From Iphione sp. A-MEVVRFRX5 (taxonomy: Eukaryota), in NCBI GenBank assembly GCA_976226885.1, contig OZ320322.1:63736001-63800000 (forward strand): 64,000 nt of DNA. The letters are read 5' to 3'. The notes under the pieces were generated by a model, which was given only the letters and a program-made list of their open reading frames with translations, was not told the origin of the DNA and ran no database searches. The translations under genes and the position numbers were made by a program. Each line of letters starts with the position of its first letter. The stretch's first letter is position 1. This document shows positions 22,664-35,219 of this stretch, one piece after another.

Positions 22664-24364
22664 CCGCTGCATAATGTATACTGCAAGTCTCTGACTTGTG
22701 GTCAGAGTCAGGTTCATGGGGCCAAAGTTTAACTGAAAATTGAGTCCCATTGTCTCAGGGTGGTTTTGTTTCCTAAATGATTCCTTTAAATTAGGCCGTC
22801 GTATGAACATTCGCTTGGCAGGTACAATCCCGGTATCCAGGTGTGCTGGTGAGCATGTTAACCCTCTGTGCCTCTGTTTTATACGCCAAGCCAAGGCAGA
22901 ACATGCAGCAGAGCCGTGGCAGGCTAACTCCGCCCTGTACCAGGACTGAACATCGGGTACGCAGCCATGACAGTTTGTCACACTCAGAGCCTGAGACTAG
23001 CAAACTGTCCGCTAGTCCAGGATTTCATGTGCAGCGCACAGCCCCACCAGCAGCTCTCATATTCCATTCAGCTGAGATGCGGATGGGTGATTTGGTCTAA
23101 AGATCTGCACACGGACGCTAACTTTTGGTGCTGCGGTTTAAGCATCTCGCCCGTGGTCCCAGGCTGAGGGAGAGAGAAACTGCCACACCGTAAGTTAAGA
23201 ATCTGTTTCTAAATCCTGTTCTGACAATGATAATAAAGCAAAATAGATGAACTACTTTTATATCCTACCGAAATAAGGAGCACCTTTTTCGCGTTTGAGA
23301 GGAAGACTCTCTCGATGGCTGTTTCGGGTGCTTGTCGATGTCAGAGCAGTTCATTGCTTTAGGAGAATATCGGCTGACCCTGTGAAAGATGAACCAGGTT
23401 GACTTTAGTCACGTCACCTTTCCATTCCTTGTTGACTCGAGAACATACTGATGCCATGTTTTGATTTAACATCTATTTGTACGTACATTATGTATTTGAA
23501 CTTATATGGTCTTTTTAAATGAGTACTTCACATTTGTATGGCGATTATAAGTTGTTTCTGTTTGTATTTTAATAGTATTTCGAACCCAAACTTCTAAATC
23601 GAGTTGTTAAGCATTCGCCATATTGCTATCCCAAGAGATCTTATATTTTACATTTTTTCCATTGTACAAAAGAATAATTTTAACTTCAATATGTTTTACG
23701 ATATTGGCTCGGCGGACATCTATTTATAGAACGGCGCTGAGCGTTATACAGCGCGGGTGTCTCCCGAGCCGGTCAGCTGGTGGGCGTGGCCTGATGTGAA
23801 TGAGTGACACGCAGTTAAACTAAAACCTGAAGAGAGGAGCGGCTTCTGCGCTCAAACCTTGAGCAAGAAATGATAGAAATATTGGCCGCCGCCATGTTGG
23901 CCGCCATGTTGTCTCTGGACGGGGACTTAGCCGTCAAGCTAGGAGACTCTTGTAGGAGGACTAGGGTGAAGAACGGGACGTGGGTGATGCTATTGATAGA
24001 CGTTCATCCTCGCACAAAGAGGGCCTTTTGTAAACATCAATACTTACATTCTGGTTCAACATACTAAGCTATCTATAAATAACAACACGCATGTTTTGCT
24101 CAGTGTTTTGATGTTCTATGGAAGAGGTGGCGTCATAACGCTACGAACGAACAGAGAAAGCGTTCTATATCAGTTCCTTGAGATGCAGGTGTCCCTTGTA
24201 TTTCTTTAACTTTCCAACTTTATACGATTTTCTTTTGGAACTTTAATTCAGCTCTCCGCAAAAAGCAGATAAGAGGAGGTCAGGCTGAGAGCGGCGTTAC
24301 ACACGACGTTTACCGCCATTAGACAGAACCAGGCGTGAAGGGTGCTGTGTAACAAACAGGCAGG

Positions 24365-24930
24365 ACTAGTTTGCTACAATGAGATTCCTCATTGATGGTT
24401 CATGGAGGTACGTGGAGGCCAGTCTGCTATGGTAGGTTCCTCATTTATGGTTCATGGAGGTATGTGGAGGCTAGTTTGCTAAGGTCCCTTGTTGATAGTT
24501 TGTGGAGGTACGAGAAGGCCAGTCTTCCACAGTTCCTCATTGACAGTTCATGGAGGTATGTGGAGGCTAGTTTGCTAAGGTCCCTTGTTGATAGTTTCTG
24601 GAGGTATGAGAAGGCCAGTCTTCCACAGTTCCTCATTGAAGGTTCATGGAGGTATGTGGAGGCTAGTTTGCTAAGGTCCCTTGTTGATAGTTTGTGGAGG
24701 TACGAGAAGGCCAGTCTTCCACAGTTCCTCATTGACGGTTCATGGAGGTATGTGGAGGCCAGTCTGCTATGTTTCCTCATTTATGGTTCATGGAGGTATG
24801 TGGAGGCTAGTTTGCTAAGGTCCCTTGTTGATAGTTTGTGGAGGTACAAGAAGGCCAGTCTTCTACGGTTCCTCATCGGAGGTTCATGGAGGTATGTGGA
24901 GGCTAGTTTGCTACAGTAGGTTCCTCATTG
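24365..24930. repeat. 48-bp monomers arranged as a 96-bp A/B dimeric higher-order repeat
   Basis: A-type starts at 24456 and 24552 (96 apart). Translation alternates WRYVEASLLRSLVDSL / WRYEKASLPQFLIDSS. Confidence 0.9.
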
Positions 24931-25387
24931 ATGGGTCATGGGGGCACATAGAGGCGTCCATTCTCCTGACATCCCTGGGCGGTGAATCTGAGGTCAATGG
25001 TTGACACTGAGCACTAGGTTAGCTGCTCTTGGTCAGCTTGTCTTGAAAATTTTCAATACCACAAATCCACATGTTCATATCGTGGATTAAATGCCTCACA
25101 GATTGGGGAAATCTAAAGACAGGGTTAATTGGAGAAAGATACACATATTTATGTAGAGCATTTCTTCGTCTCGCCGCCCCCAGGTACAGAGCTTTCAGCC
25201 TTGGGTTGACTATGATAATGTAACGCTGTATAGCTGACATGCTCTTGCTGTGGCCATGTTGAAAGATTTCTAGTCCACTTGTTGCGTGCCACATTCATCA
25301 TGTGGCTGCTTGACCTTCACACCCATTGGCTGCTCTGTTTTATCTATAGGTGTTTTAATAACCAGCTGCATTAGAGGACACTAGGCG

Positions 25388-25632
25388 TACTGCACTCTCA
25401 GCCAAACCTATCACACCTCACCTTACTGTACTGCACCCTCAGCCAAACCTATCACATCCCACCTTACTGTACTGCACCCTCAGTCAAACCTATCACATCT
25501 CACCTTACTGTACTGCATCCTCTGTCAAACCTATCACATCTCACCTTACTGTACTGCACCCTCTGTCAAACCTATCACATCTCACCTTACTGTACTGCAC
25601 CCCCAATCAAACCTATCACATCTCACCTTACA
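25388..25632. repeat. Minisatellite, 41-bp unit, ~6 copies
   Basis: TACTGCAC at 25388, 25429 and onward. Confidence 0.92.
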
Positions 25633-26034
25633 GAAGTCAATCCATACTGCACTGAAGCCTTGTCCCCAGTGAGTGTTGACCCTGGGCCCTCGGTAGCACA
25701 TGCACTCTTTCCCATATGTAATCCGTTCAGTGAAATGAAAAGGATGACTCTGGGGGGGTAGCTTTTAGTTCATGAGAAAATGTTGTTTGTTTGATTCCTA
25801 ATGGGCGCAACACCCAACCTACAAGACATGCCCTGCTTCTTACACCACTGGGTGATGGCAGGCAGTTTATTCTGGTCCGTTTTCGAAATCAGGCAAAGGA
25901 AAAGCATGTTAATTTATGCTCCCTGCTGCAAGTAGCCAGTAATATACTCAAAGATATGGTGTGATTACTGGATAAAGTATTGAAAAACGTGCGTTTTGAG
26001 TCTAAAAGTTGCTTCTGCATAGAAGGTATATGTG

Positions 26035-26735
26035 ATGGTTGTGGTGGTATGGCCGCTCTGTGTTGGGTAGGTGCTGTTTATGGTGGGACGACTGGTCTGG
26101 GCTGGGTGTGTGCTGGTTAATGTGGTATGGCTGCTTGGGGTTGCTTGGTGCTGGTTGTGGTGGTACGGCTGCTCTGGGTTGGGTGTGTGCTGATTGTGGT
26201 GGTATGGCTGGTCTGGGCTAGGTGGGTGCTGGTTGTGGTGGTATGGCTGGTCTGGGTAGGCTGGATGCTGGTTGTTGGTTGTTGTTGACTGGTTGTTGTG
26301 GAACAGCTGCTTTGGGTTGCTGGGTGCTGGCTATGGTGGTACGGCTGGTCTGGGTTGGGTGTGTGCTGGTTGTGGTGGTACGGCTGGTCTTGGTAGGCTG
26401 GGTGCTGGTTGCGGTGGTACAGCTGGTCTGGGTAGGCTGGGTGCTGGTTGTGGTGGTACGGCTGGTCTGGGTAGGCTGGGTGCTGGTTGCGGTGGTACGG
26501 CTGGTCTGGGTTGGGTGTGTGCTGGTTGTGGTGGTACGGCTGGTCTGGGTAGGCTGGATGCTGGTTGTGGTGGTATGGCTGGTCTGGGTAGGCTGGGTGC
26601 TGGTTGTGGTGGTATGGCTACTCTGGGTTGCTGGGTGCTGGTTATGGTGGTATGGTTGGTCTGGGTTGGGTAGTTGCTTGTTATGGTTGTACGCTAGCTC
26701 TGGGTAAGGTGTGTGCTGGTTGTGCTGAGTTTGCT
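26035..26735. repeat. G/T-rich degenerate 39-bp minisatellite
   Basis: Unit GCTGGTTGTGGTGGTACGGCTGGTCTGGGTAGGCTGGGT; gives Thr-rich (minus) and Gly/Val-rich (plus) ORFs. Confidence 0.88.
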
Positions 26736-26953
26736 GTGGATATCGAATAGTTGCACGGCTTGGGCTGGCCGGGAGGAGGAATCTCCCACGGTGGCTGTGC
26801 TGGCTTGTTGGGCTAAGGTGAAGCTTGGTCACAGTGGCCCTTGGATGGGGCTGTAGGACATGATGGGTAACTGTACTGGACTAGGAGGCTTGGATGCTGC
26901 AGGTCTTGTCGTCTTGGCTGCCGCTGACTTCTGGAGGTTCTTGACTATGTCAT

Positions 26954-27135
26954 CTTGCATGTCCCGGAAGTGGCAATGTGGGCTGCTCCACAGTTGGCAC
27001 CTTTCCTCTGTATTTCTTGGTTGTGGCTGAGCCTCTGCAGCCAGGCAGCTGTGCTGTGAGCCTTTGCACAGGTGTCACAGTGGTCCTTTACATGCCTGTG
27101 CAATGTGGCCATGTCATTAACACTTGCATGTAACA
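26954..27135 (-). pseudogene. Degenerate gag-like ORF1 of a non-LTR retrotransposon (three CCHC-type zinc knuckles)
   Basis: Minus strand reads CY-[4-nt insert]-KC**HGHIAQACKGP, then (frameshift) CDTCAKAHSTAAW...RKGANCGAAHIATSGTCK. This is the CxxCxxxGHxxxxC / CxxCxxxH / CxNCxxxHxAxxxxC arrangement of I/Jockey-type LINE ORF1. Confidence 0.75.
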
Positions 27136-28039
27136 ATGTGCACATGCTGGTTTCTGTTGAAACCAAAGGTGAGAATATAGAGTCCCTTTAGGATTTTCGG
27201 AATTGCTGGGGAAACTGACAGGAATCTAAAAATGGATTATGATATTCTAGTTAAGCAAACTCAGCCTGAACACAGTGGTCCCCCTTTAACCAACAACCTC
27301 ATAACCAACAATACTGCTTATCCGACAGAGTTTTCAGAAACCAAATGTGAAAAATCAATTGAAAAAGCCTCCAAATATGACAAATCTCATATATCCAACA
27401 AAATCTCAAGGAACCAACAATGTCAGATACTGAGCGCACTGTGCCTTTACTGTCGAGGGTGGCGCAGATGCACCACTGGAGGAGGTGCTGAAGACCAGTC
27501 TAGCTGCACTATGCCAGAAGTGTGTGGTAGCCAAGCCACAGCAGGTGGACTGCCCGAGTCCTGGCGCTCTCCTATAACGTCAGCGACCCTCTTTCAAATT
27601 CAAACTCATTTCATTAGCACATATGCTAGGATGCTGCTTAATTATATGTAAAGTTCAAAGTTGAACAGGTGGGCACTTCTTGAATTTTGGTGTAAAGCAA
27701 CCTAGTGTATTTTGACAGACTAGTCTGATGCTAGTGTCAACAAACTGGAAAAGAGAAGATGTTCCTGGAAAAGAATACACGTGTTGTCCCTTTAGGACGC
27801 TTGTATGTACTTCAATTGAAGGAACGTGGAGAAAACTGAAAGAAAATGGCAGACCTGAAATGGGCGGTTACCTGGTTTGCTGCGGCAAGCTGCTCTGGTG
27901 AGTTGTGTGAACACAACCTGAGCCTTCCTGCTGCTGATCTCTCAAAGCTCTACCTTACAGGACCCATATAGTGGACACGTCTGTTAAGTTAACAAAAAAG
28001 GCAGCTGGTGAAAGGTAAACGGAAATGTGATGGTTCATC

Positions 28040-28415
28040 AGCCGTATCTCCTTCCTGAAGGGGGGGGGAGACAATGCAGCCAGTAACGACTTCTCCTTCC
28101 TGGGGGGGGAGACAATGTGGACAGTAACGACTTCTCCTTCCTGGGGGGGAGACAATGCAGACAGTAACGACTTCTCCTTCCTGGGGGGGGAGACAATGTG
28201 GACAGTAACGACTTCTCCTTCCTGGGGGGGAGACAATGCAGACAGTAACGACTTCTCCTTCCTGGGGGGGGAGACAATGTGGACAGTAACGACTTCTCCT
28301 TCCTGGGGGGGAGACAATGCAGACAGTAACGACTTCTCCTTCCTGGGGGGGGGGGGAGACAATGCAGACTAACAACTTCCCCTTTCTGGGGGAGGACCAT
28401 GTGGACAGTAACGAT
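28040..28415. repeat. Minisatellite, 40-41-bp unit with variable G-run, ~9 copies
   Basis: CAGTAACGACTTCTCCTTCCTG(n)AGACAATG, ending alternately in TGGA or CAGA. Confidence 0.92.
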
Positions 28416-30984
28416 GCACCTGCTGCTCGGAGGATGCACAACTGGCGCTCAGAGCTCAGGACTCACGTGTAGACGTACAGTGTTCATCACTCCGGGGGAG
28501 AGAGTAACCGCGTCTGCGCTGTGAGCTCCAGTAATGCACCTGGCCAATGAGAGTCCTCTCTTCTCATCACGTGTCTATAAATATGTACTATCTGATCAGG
28601 CTAAATCTCTGGATTTGCAGGTACCTCTTTTTGCCAATTTGAGGTTTAACTTTACACTACTAATTTCTGGAGGGTGCTGCCACCAATGTCCATTATTATA
28701 CTTGTTTTTATACGGACTGCTCCAGTAGTACTTCTATAAACGCGGGGCACACGAACCTCTGCGGCAGCGAACCCACCAGCGGGTCGACTTGTTATCATAA
28801 CAATTAGACATGCTTCCTGGAATAACAGTTTCTTAGGCGAACATGCCATCATAAATAAGGCCCATGCTACTTCTCCACCTATCGTCTCTTCCGTTCTTCT
28901 CCCCGGTCACCGTCTCTCACCCACTGTCCTCCACACCCTTTTATCCTGTTTCCATCCTGCCCGATTCCGCCCTCCCACCTCGCTCTGCCCTCCCGGACCC
29001 CCCCCCCCCACCTATCGCCCCTTCTCTCCGCTCAGGACCCACTTCCAACACCCCTCATCCTGTCGTACCTTTCGTTAAACAAAGAGCCGGTGGTTGGTTC
29101 TAGGGGCTACCATGGCAACGAGGGAAATCAATTAAGGGCGGGCCTGGCCCAGGTGAGAAGCGATGCAGAGAATGGGGGACCTAGCTGAGGTGAGGAGCAA
29201 GGTGGAGTGTAACACAGTAAAACTATAGAGATGAAGTTGGTAGGAATAAAAGAAGCATGTATATGTCATGTTATCCAGAGAAATAACTGTGTATGTAAAG
29301 TCTAAAGTTATAAGGAATTCAGTGTAAGACTTTTAAAGAGAGCATAGTTGACAATTTTTCGAGTACATTATCTCTTCTTGGGTGGCGTATGTGAGGATGC
29401 TTAGACTGTTGGAAGCCTTACCTTATTTCATGTAATCCTATCTCTCATGGACTAAGTAATAAGCATAGAGAACGAAGCTATCAAGACTTAATATCTCTTG
29501 GGAACTTGGTTCTTCATCCGAGGGACATCTAGAGATTGGATATCTGTCCATGCTTTGTTTTGTGTGACAATTGATGTATTTATTCATGTGTTTTGAATAG
29601 TTTGATAAACTTGTTTACTCATCCAAGGGTACATAAGCAGCGAAGTGTGCACTTCCTGCAAAACTTGCACATTATGATCACAAGAGACTGTACGGCTACT
29701 CAGCAATAAAGGGCGTCAAGGTGAACTTCTGGTGTGGTGTACATGTTATTGTGACAGGAGGATGGGATGCACTGTGGCGAGACATGACAACCAGGTAGTT
29801 TGGGATCTAGAGGACAGATGAGGGAGCGCGTGGGTGGAGGACTTTCCCGCTGATACTCCCGGAGGTAGTGGATCCATGCTGTGTGGCCAGAGACGCAGCT
29901 ACTGGATACCTGTGTCCTCGACCACCGCTAGTCCAGGCTGACTAGACGGCAGTCACAGGGCGCTCCCGAACAAGATAGCGACAGACAATCGCAGTATGTG
30001 CTTGAGAAGCTCAACTGCCATGGTATCAACCACACCAGGGAGGAAATCTGAGAACGGCAAGGCTGGGGAGGAGAACATACACACCACCCCCTGGGGCTCC
30101 TGCCGTGGCAGCAGCAGCAGCGGCAGACAGCATTACACGTGCGCTCTTCTCAGAAAACCAATAGATCAGCTTCGCTCTAAAGCTAAGCACAATTGGAGAT
30201 ATGTCTAAGAGCAAGCTCTTCGTCTCTTTATACTGATTGGAAACAGAGATGTTTGGTATATAGTGTGTTAATCCGGAAAGGCAGGAACATCGACAGACAC
30301 GCCTATGGGGATTAACACACCATGTAAAACATATATTTCTGATATCAAATCTGACGTCCCTCCATTTTGATATCTTGATGTGCAAACAGCTCCGCGTCTG
30401 AATTGTTGGATTACTAATTAGTGTCGAAGCCTGTCCCTTGGTGACACCTCTTCATATGACCCCTTGTTACTGACATTGAGCATCGTCTCTGAAAGTCCCT
30501 TCCTCCAACTTTTCCAACGTCTTTGCCTGAATTCGCAAAGACGGCCTGCCCTCGAGCTCTAACCCTCTCATGTTGACATCGTTCGCTTGTTTTAATAATA
30601 TGATAAATTAACATGGACCCGTATGTCTTAGGTTGACCGGTTCGCTGGATGTAGAGGCTGCCTATCGTGCTGTACCCCCTCGTCCGCCCCCCCGTCCAAC
30701 CTTTCAGACTTACTGGTTTTTTACTAGGATTTCCCATTTCTATGTGTTAGGTACATTAAGCTTGGTTCTGGCCGTCTATAGGTTTGAGAGGACATTTTCT
30801 TGATTGCGTTATTAATCATATTAGTCATAAAAGCCTACATAGAGTTTATGATGACATTTTTTCAGATGTTCTCCTGCCTATCCAGTATAATTCCTCGACA
30901 GAATGATCTATATAAGTGTTTATACAGGGTTTATATTTTCCTTTGTCAGGACCTCTCCTTATGAAGTGTTACATCACGATATGC

Positions 30985-31290
30985 TAGAGAACAGCACTGG
31001 TGCATCACGACATGCCAGAGATCAGCATTGGTGCATCACAACATGCCAGAGATCAACATTGGTGCATCACGACATGGCGCATTACAATGTGTCAGAGATC
31101 AGCATTGGTGCATCACAACATGGCAGAGGTCAACATTGGTGCATTACAATGTGTCAGAGATCAGCATTGGTGCATCACAACATGCTAGAGATCAACATTG
31201 GTGCATCATGACATGCCAGAGATCAGCATTGGTACATCACAACGTGCCAGAGATCAGCACTGGTGCATCATGACATGCCAGAGATCAGCT
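30985..31290. repeat. Minisatellite, ~31-bp unit (CAGCATTGGTGCATCACAACATGCCAGAGAT), ~9 copies
   Basis: Direct reading. Confidence 0.9.
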
Positions 31291-31744
31291 CGCTAATATT
31301 GGACTGAAGGAGGACTACAATAGTATTTTTACACAATAGATATTCATCACAAATCTAATTTCAGGAAGTAGATATAATTTCATATACATAACATGGGTAG
31401 TAATTAGGATAATTCTTCATACATGAACACTTCGGTCGGTAGCTGATGTTGGTCCAGTTATCTTCACGTTGCAAAAAGATGTCTGCGAGATGATGGTGGC
31501 CGGCACTTGACGGAGAAGGGCTTACTTACCGGCTGGTTGGCCTTAGCGCTGCTTGCCTGTTTAGAAACCTTTTCTTTTCTATAATGACTGACCTTGCTTG
31601 ATTAAACCTGCAGCGACCGCAGAGAACAGCAAACACCCAGCAACTACCGGTGCTATTAAAAGTCGCTTTATTGGAGTCTCAGTGAGAGCCTTCTTCAGGG
31701 ACGGCTCATTTACACCTTGAATATCAATGTTAATAAACAGGCAG

Positions 31745-32163
31745 AGGCTCTAGCTCCATGCCTTAAATGCACCGACAGGTACAGGTGGAGGCTCTAGCTT
31801 CATGCCTCCAATGCACCGACAGGTACAGGTGGAGGCTGTAGTTCTGTGCCTCCAATGCACCGACAGGTACAGGTGGAGGCTGTAGTTCTGTGCCTCCAAT
31901 GCACCGACAGGTACGGGTGGAGGCTCTATCTCCGTGCCTCCAGGGCACCGACAGGTACGGGTGGAGGTTGCAGCGCCGTGCCTCCAGGGCACCGACAGGT
32001 ACGGGTGGAGGCTCTAGCTCCGTGCCTCCAGGGCACCGACAGGTACGGGTGGAGGTTGCAGCTCCGTGCCTCCAGGGCACTGACAGGTATGGGCAGAAGC
32101 TGTACCTCTGTGCCTCCAAGACACCCACAGGTATGAACAGAAGCTGTAGCTCCTTGCACTGAC
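31745..32163. repeat. Minisatellite, 44-bp unit, ~9.5 copies
   Basis: GCACCGACAGG at 31769, 31813 and onward. Confidence 0.92.
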
Positions 32164-32341
32164 AGGTGCGTGCAGGTTTCTGTCCGAGTAGGTTACAGTG
32201 TCCGCTACTATGTGTCTAGGACTGTAAAGCCATCATACGGTCGTAAGACATACATGCATGTATTTCACCTACACTCGAAGTGAAGTTATGTTGTGTAAGG
32301 TATTTATGAGCACTTGGCGTCCGATGTTTCCGGCTTACTTC

Positions 32342-32359
32342 CTTGGTCACGTGACCAAG
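32342..32359. promoter_or_regulatory. 18-bp perfect palindrome containing GTCACGTGAC (USF/MiT-TFE-type E-box)
   Basis: CTTGGTCACGTGACCAAG. A 14-bp CGGTCACGTGACCG palindrome also occurs at 7313-7326. Function unproven. Confidence 0.3.
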
Positions 32360-32524
32360 CCTGCATGGTCTGTTTGACTGTTGCTAAGTGTCTTGTGATC
32401 ATAGTTCAAGTCACGTGAATATAGGTGTGTCGTAATATGATCAGGATGTCCTTAGCATCAGTCAGCCTAGCATGTTTCCTCTGATCTTGTAACCAACATG
32501 TTTCCTCACATCTAAACATCTATT

Positions 32525-35219
32525 TGTCTCCTCTCACCTAGTCACCTGTACGTCCTCTCACCTGGTCCCCTGTATGTCTCCCCTCACCTAGTCCCCTGTA
32601 TGTCTCCCCTCACCTAGTCACCTGTACATCTCCTCTCACCTAGTCACCTGTACGTCCTCTCACCTAGTCACCTGTACATCTCCTCCCACCTAGTCACCTG
32701 TCCATCTCCCCTCACGTAGTCACCTGTGCATCTCTTCTCACCTAGTCACCTGTACATCTCCTCCCACCTAGTCACCTGTATGTCTCCTCTCACCTAATCA
32801 CCTGTACTTCTCTCACCTGTCACCTGTACGTTTCCCCTCACCTAGTCACCTGTACGTCCTCTCACCTGGTCCCCTGTATGTCTCCCCTCACCTAGTCCCC
32901 TGTATGTCTCCCCTCACCTAGTCACCTGTACATCTCCTCTCACCTAGTCACCTGTACGTCCTCTCACCTAGTCACCTGTACATCTCCTCCCACCTAGTCA
33001 CCTGTCCATCTCCCCTCACCTAGTCACCTGTCCATCTCCCCTCACGTAGTCACCTGTGCATCTCTTCTCACCTAGTCACCTGTATGTCTCCTTTCACCTA
33101 GTCACCTGTACATCTCCTCCCACCTAGTCACCTGTATGTCTCCTCTCACCTAAGTACCTGTACTTCTCCTCTCACCTGTCACCTGTACGTCTCCCCTCAC
33201 CTAGTCACCTGTACATCTCCTCTCACCTAGTCACCTGTACATCTCCTCTCACCTAGTCACCTGTACATCTCCTCTCACCTGGTCACCTGTACATCTCCTC
33301 TCACCTAGTCACCTGTACATCTCCCCTCACCTAGTCACCTGTACATCTCCTCTCACCTAGTCACCTGTACATCTCCTCTCACCTAGTCACCTGTACATCT
33401 CCTCTCACCTGGTCACCTGTACATCTCCTCTCACCTAGTCACCTGTACATCTCCCCTCACCTAGTCACCTGTACATCTCCCCTCACCTAGTCACCTGTAT
33501 GTCTCCTCTCACCTAGTCACCTGTACATCTCCTCTCACCTGGTCACCTGTACATCTCCTCTCACCTAGTCACCTGTACATCTCCTCTCACCTAGTCACCT
33601 GTATGTCTCCTCTCACCTGTCACCTGTACGTCTCCTCTCACCTAGTCACCTGTATGTCTCCCCTCACCTAGTCACCTGTACATCTCCTCTCACCTAGTCA
33701 CCTGTACATCTCCTCTCACCTGGTCACCTGTACATCTCCCCTCACCTAGTCACCTGTATGTCTCCTTTCACCTAATCACCTGTACTTCTCCTCTCACCTG
33801 TCACCTGTACGTCTCCCCTCACCTAGTCACCTGTACATCTCCTCTCACCTAGTCACCTGTACATCTCCTCTCACCTAGTCACCTGTACATCTCCTCTCAC
33901 CTGGTCACCTGTACATCTCCTCTCACCTAGTCACCTGTATGTCTCCCCTCACCTAGTCACCTGTACATCTCCCCTCACCTAGTCACCTGTATGTCTCCTC
34001 TCACCTAGTCACCTGTACATCTCTTCTCACCTAGTCACCTGTACATCTCCTCTCACCTAGTCACCTGTACATCTCCCCTCACCTAGTCACCTGTATGTCT
34101 CCTCTCACCTAGTCACCTGTACATCTCCTCTCACCTGTCACCTGTACATCTCCTCTCACCTAGTCACCTGTATGTCTCCCCTCACCTGTCACCTGTACAC
34201 CTCCCCTCACCTTATCACCTTTACGTCTCCTCTCATCTGGTCCCCTGTATGTCTCCTCTCACCTAGTCACCTGTACATGTCCTCTCACCTGTTACCTGTA
34301 CATCTCCCCTCACCTAGTCACCTGTATGTCTCCTCTCACCTGTCACCTGTACGTCTCCTCTCACCTAGTCACCTGTATGTCTCCCCTCACCTGTCACCTG
34401 TACATCTCGCCTCACCTAGTCACCTGTACATCTCCTCTCACCTGTCACCTGTACATCTCCTCTAACCTGGTCACCTGTACATCTCCTCTCACCTGGTCAC
34501 CTGTACATTTCCTCTCACCTGGTCACCTGTATGTCCCCTCTCACCTAGTCACCTGTACATCTCCTCTCACCTAGTCACCTGTACATCTCCTCTCACCTGG
34601 CCACCTGTACATCTCCTCTCACCTAGTCACCTGTATGTCTCCCCTCACCTGTCACCTGTACACCTCCCCTCACCTAGTCACCTGTACGTCTCCCCTCACC
34701 TGTCACCTGTATATCTCCTCTCACCTGGTCACCTGTACATCTCCTCTCACCTAGTCACCTGTACATCTCCTCTCACCTAGTCACCTGTATGTCTCCCCTC
34801 ACCTTATCACCTTTACGTTTCCTCTCACCTAGTCACCTGTATGTCTCCCCTCACCTATTCACCTGCACATGTCCTCTCACCTGTCACCTGCACATCTCCT
34901 CTTACCTAGTCACCTGTACATCTCCCCTCACCTAGTCACCTGTACATCTCCTCTCACCTAGTCACCTGTACATCTCCTCTCACCTGGTCACCTGTACATC
35001 TCCTCTCACCTGGTCACCTGTACATCTCCTCTCACCTGGTCACCTGTACATCTCCTCTCACCTAGTCACCTGTACATCTCCTCTCACCTAGTCACCTGTA
35101 CATCTCCTCTCACCTGGTCACCTGTACATCTCCTCTCACCTGGTCACCTGTACATCTCCTCTCACCTAGTCACCTGTCCATCTCCCCTCACCTAGTCACC
35201 TCTATGTCTCCTCTCACCA
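32525..35219. repeat. Large minisatellite, 26-bp unit (CACCTAGTCACCTGTACATCTCCTCT), ~100 copies
   Basis: Direct reading; internal ~304-bp block duplication (variant pattern at 32551 repeated at 32855). Confidence 0.97.

Noticed and set aside
27848-27906. ATG...GCTCTG|GTGAGT possible short first exon (also CC|GTAAGT near 23190)
   Set aside because: Donor-like hexamers are common, and there is no partner exon or homology evidence.
31670-31705. Minus-strand CTGAAGA-AGGCTCTC...GAGA resembling a hammerhead start
   Set aside because: The GAAA box is missing; at best an unrecognisable relic.
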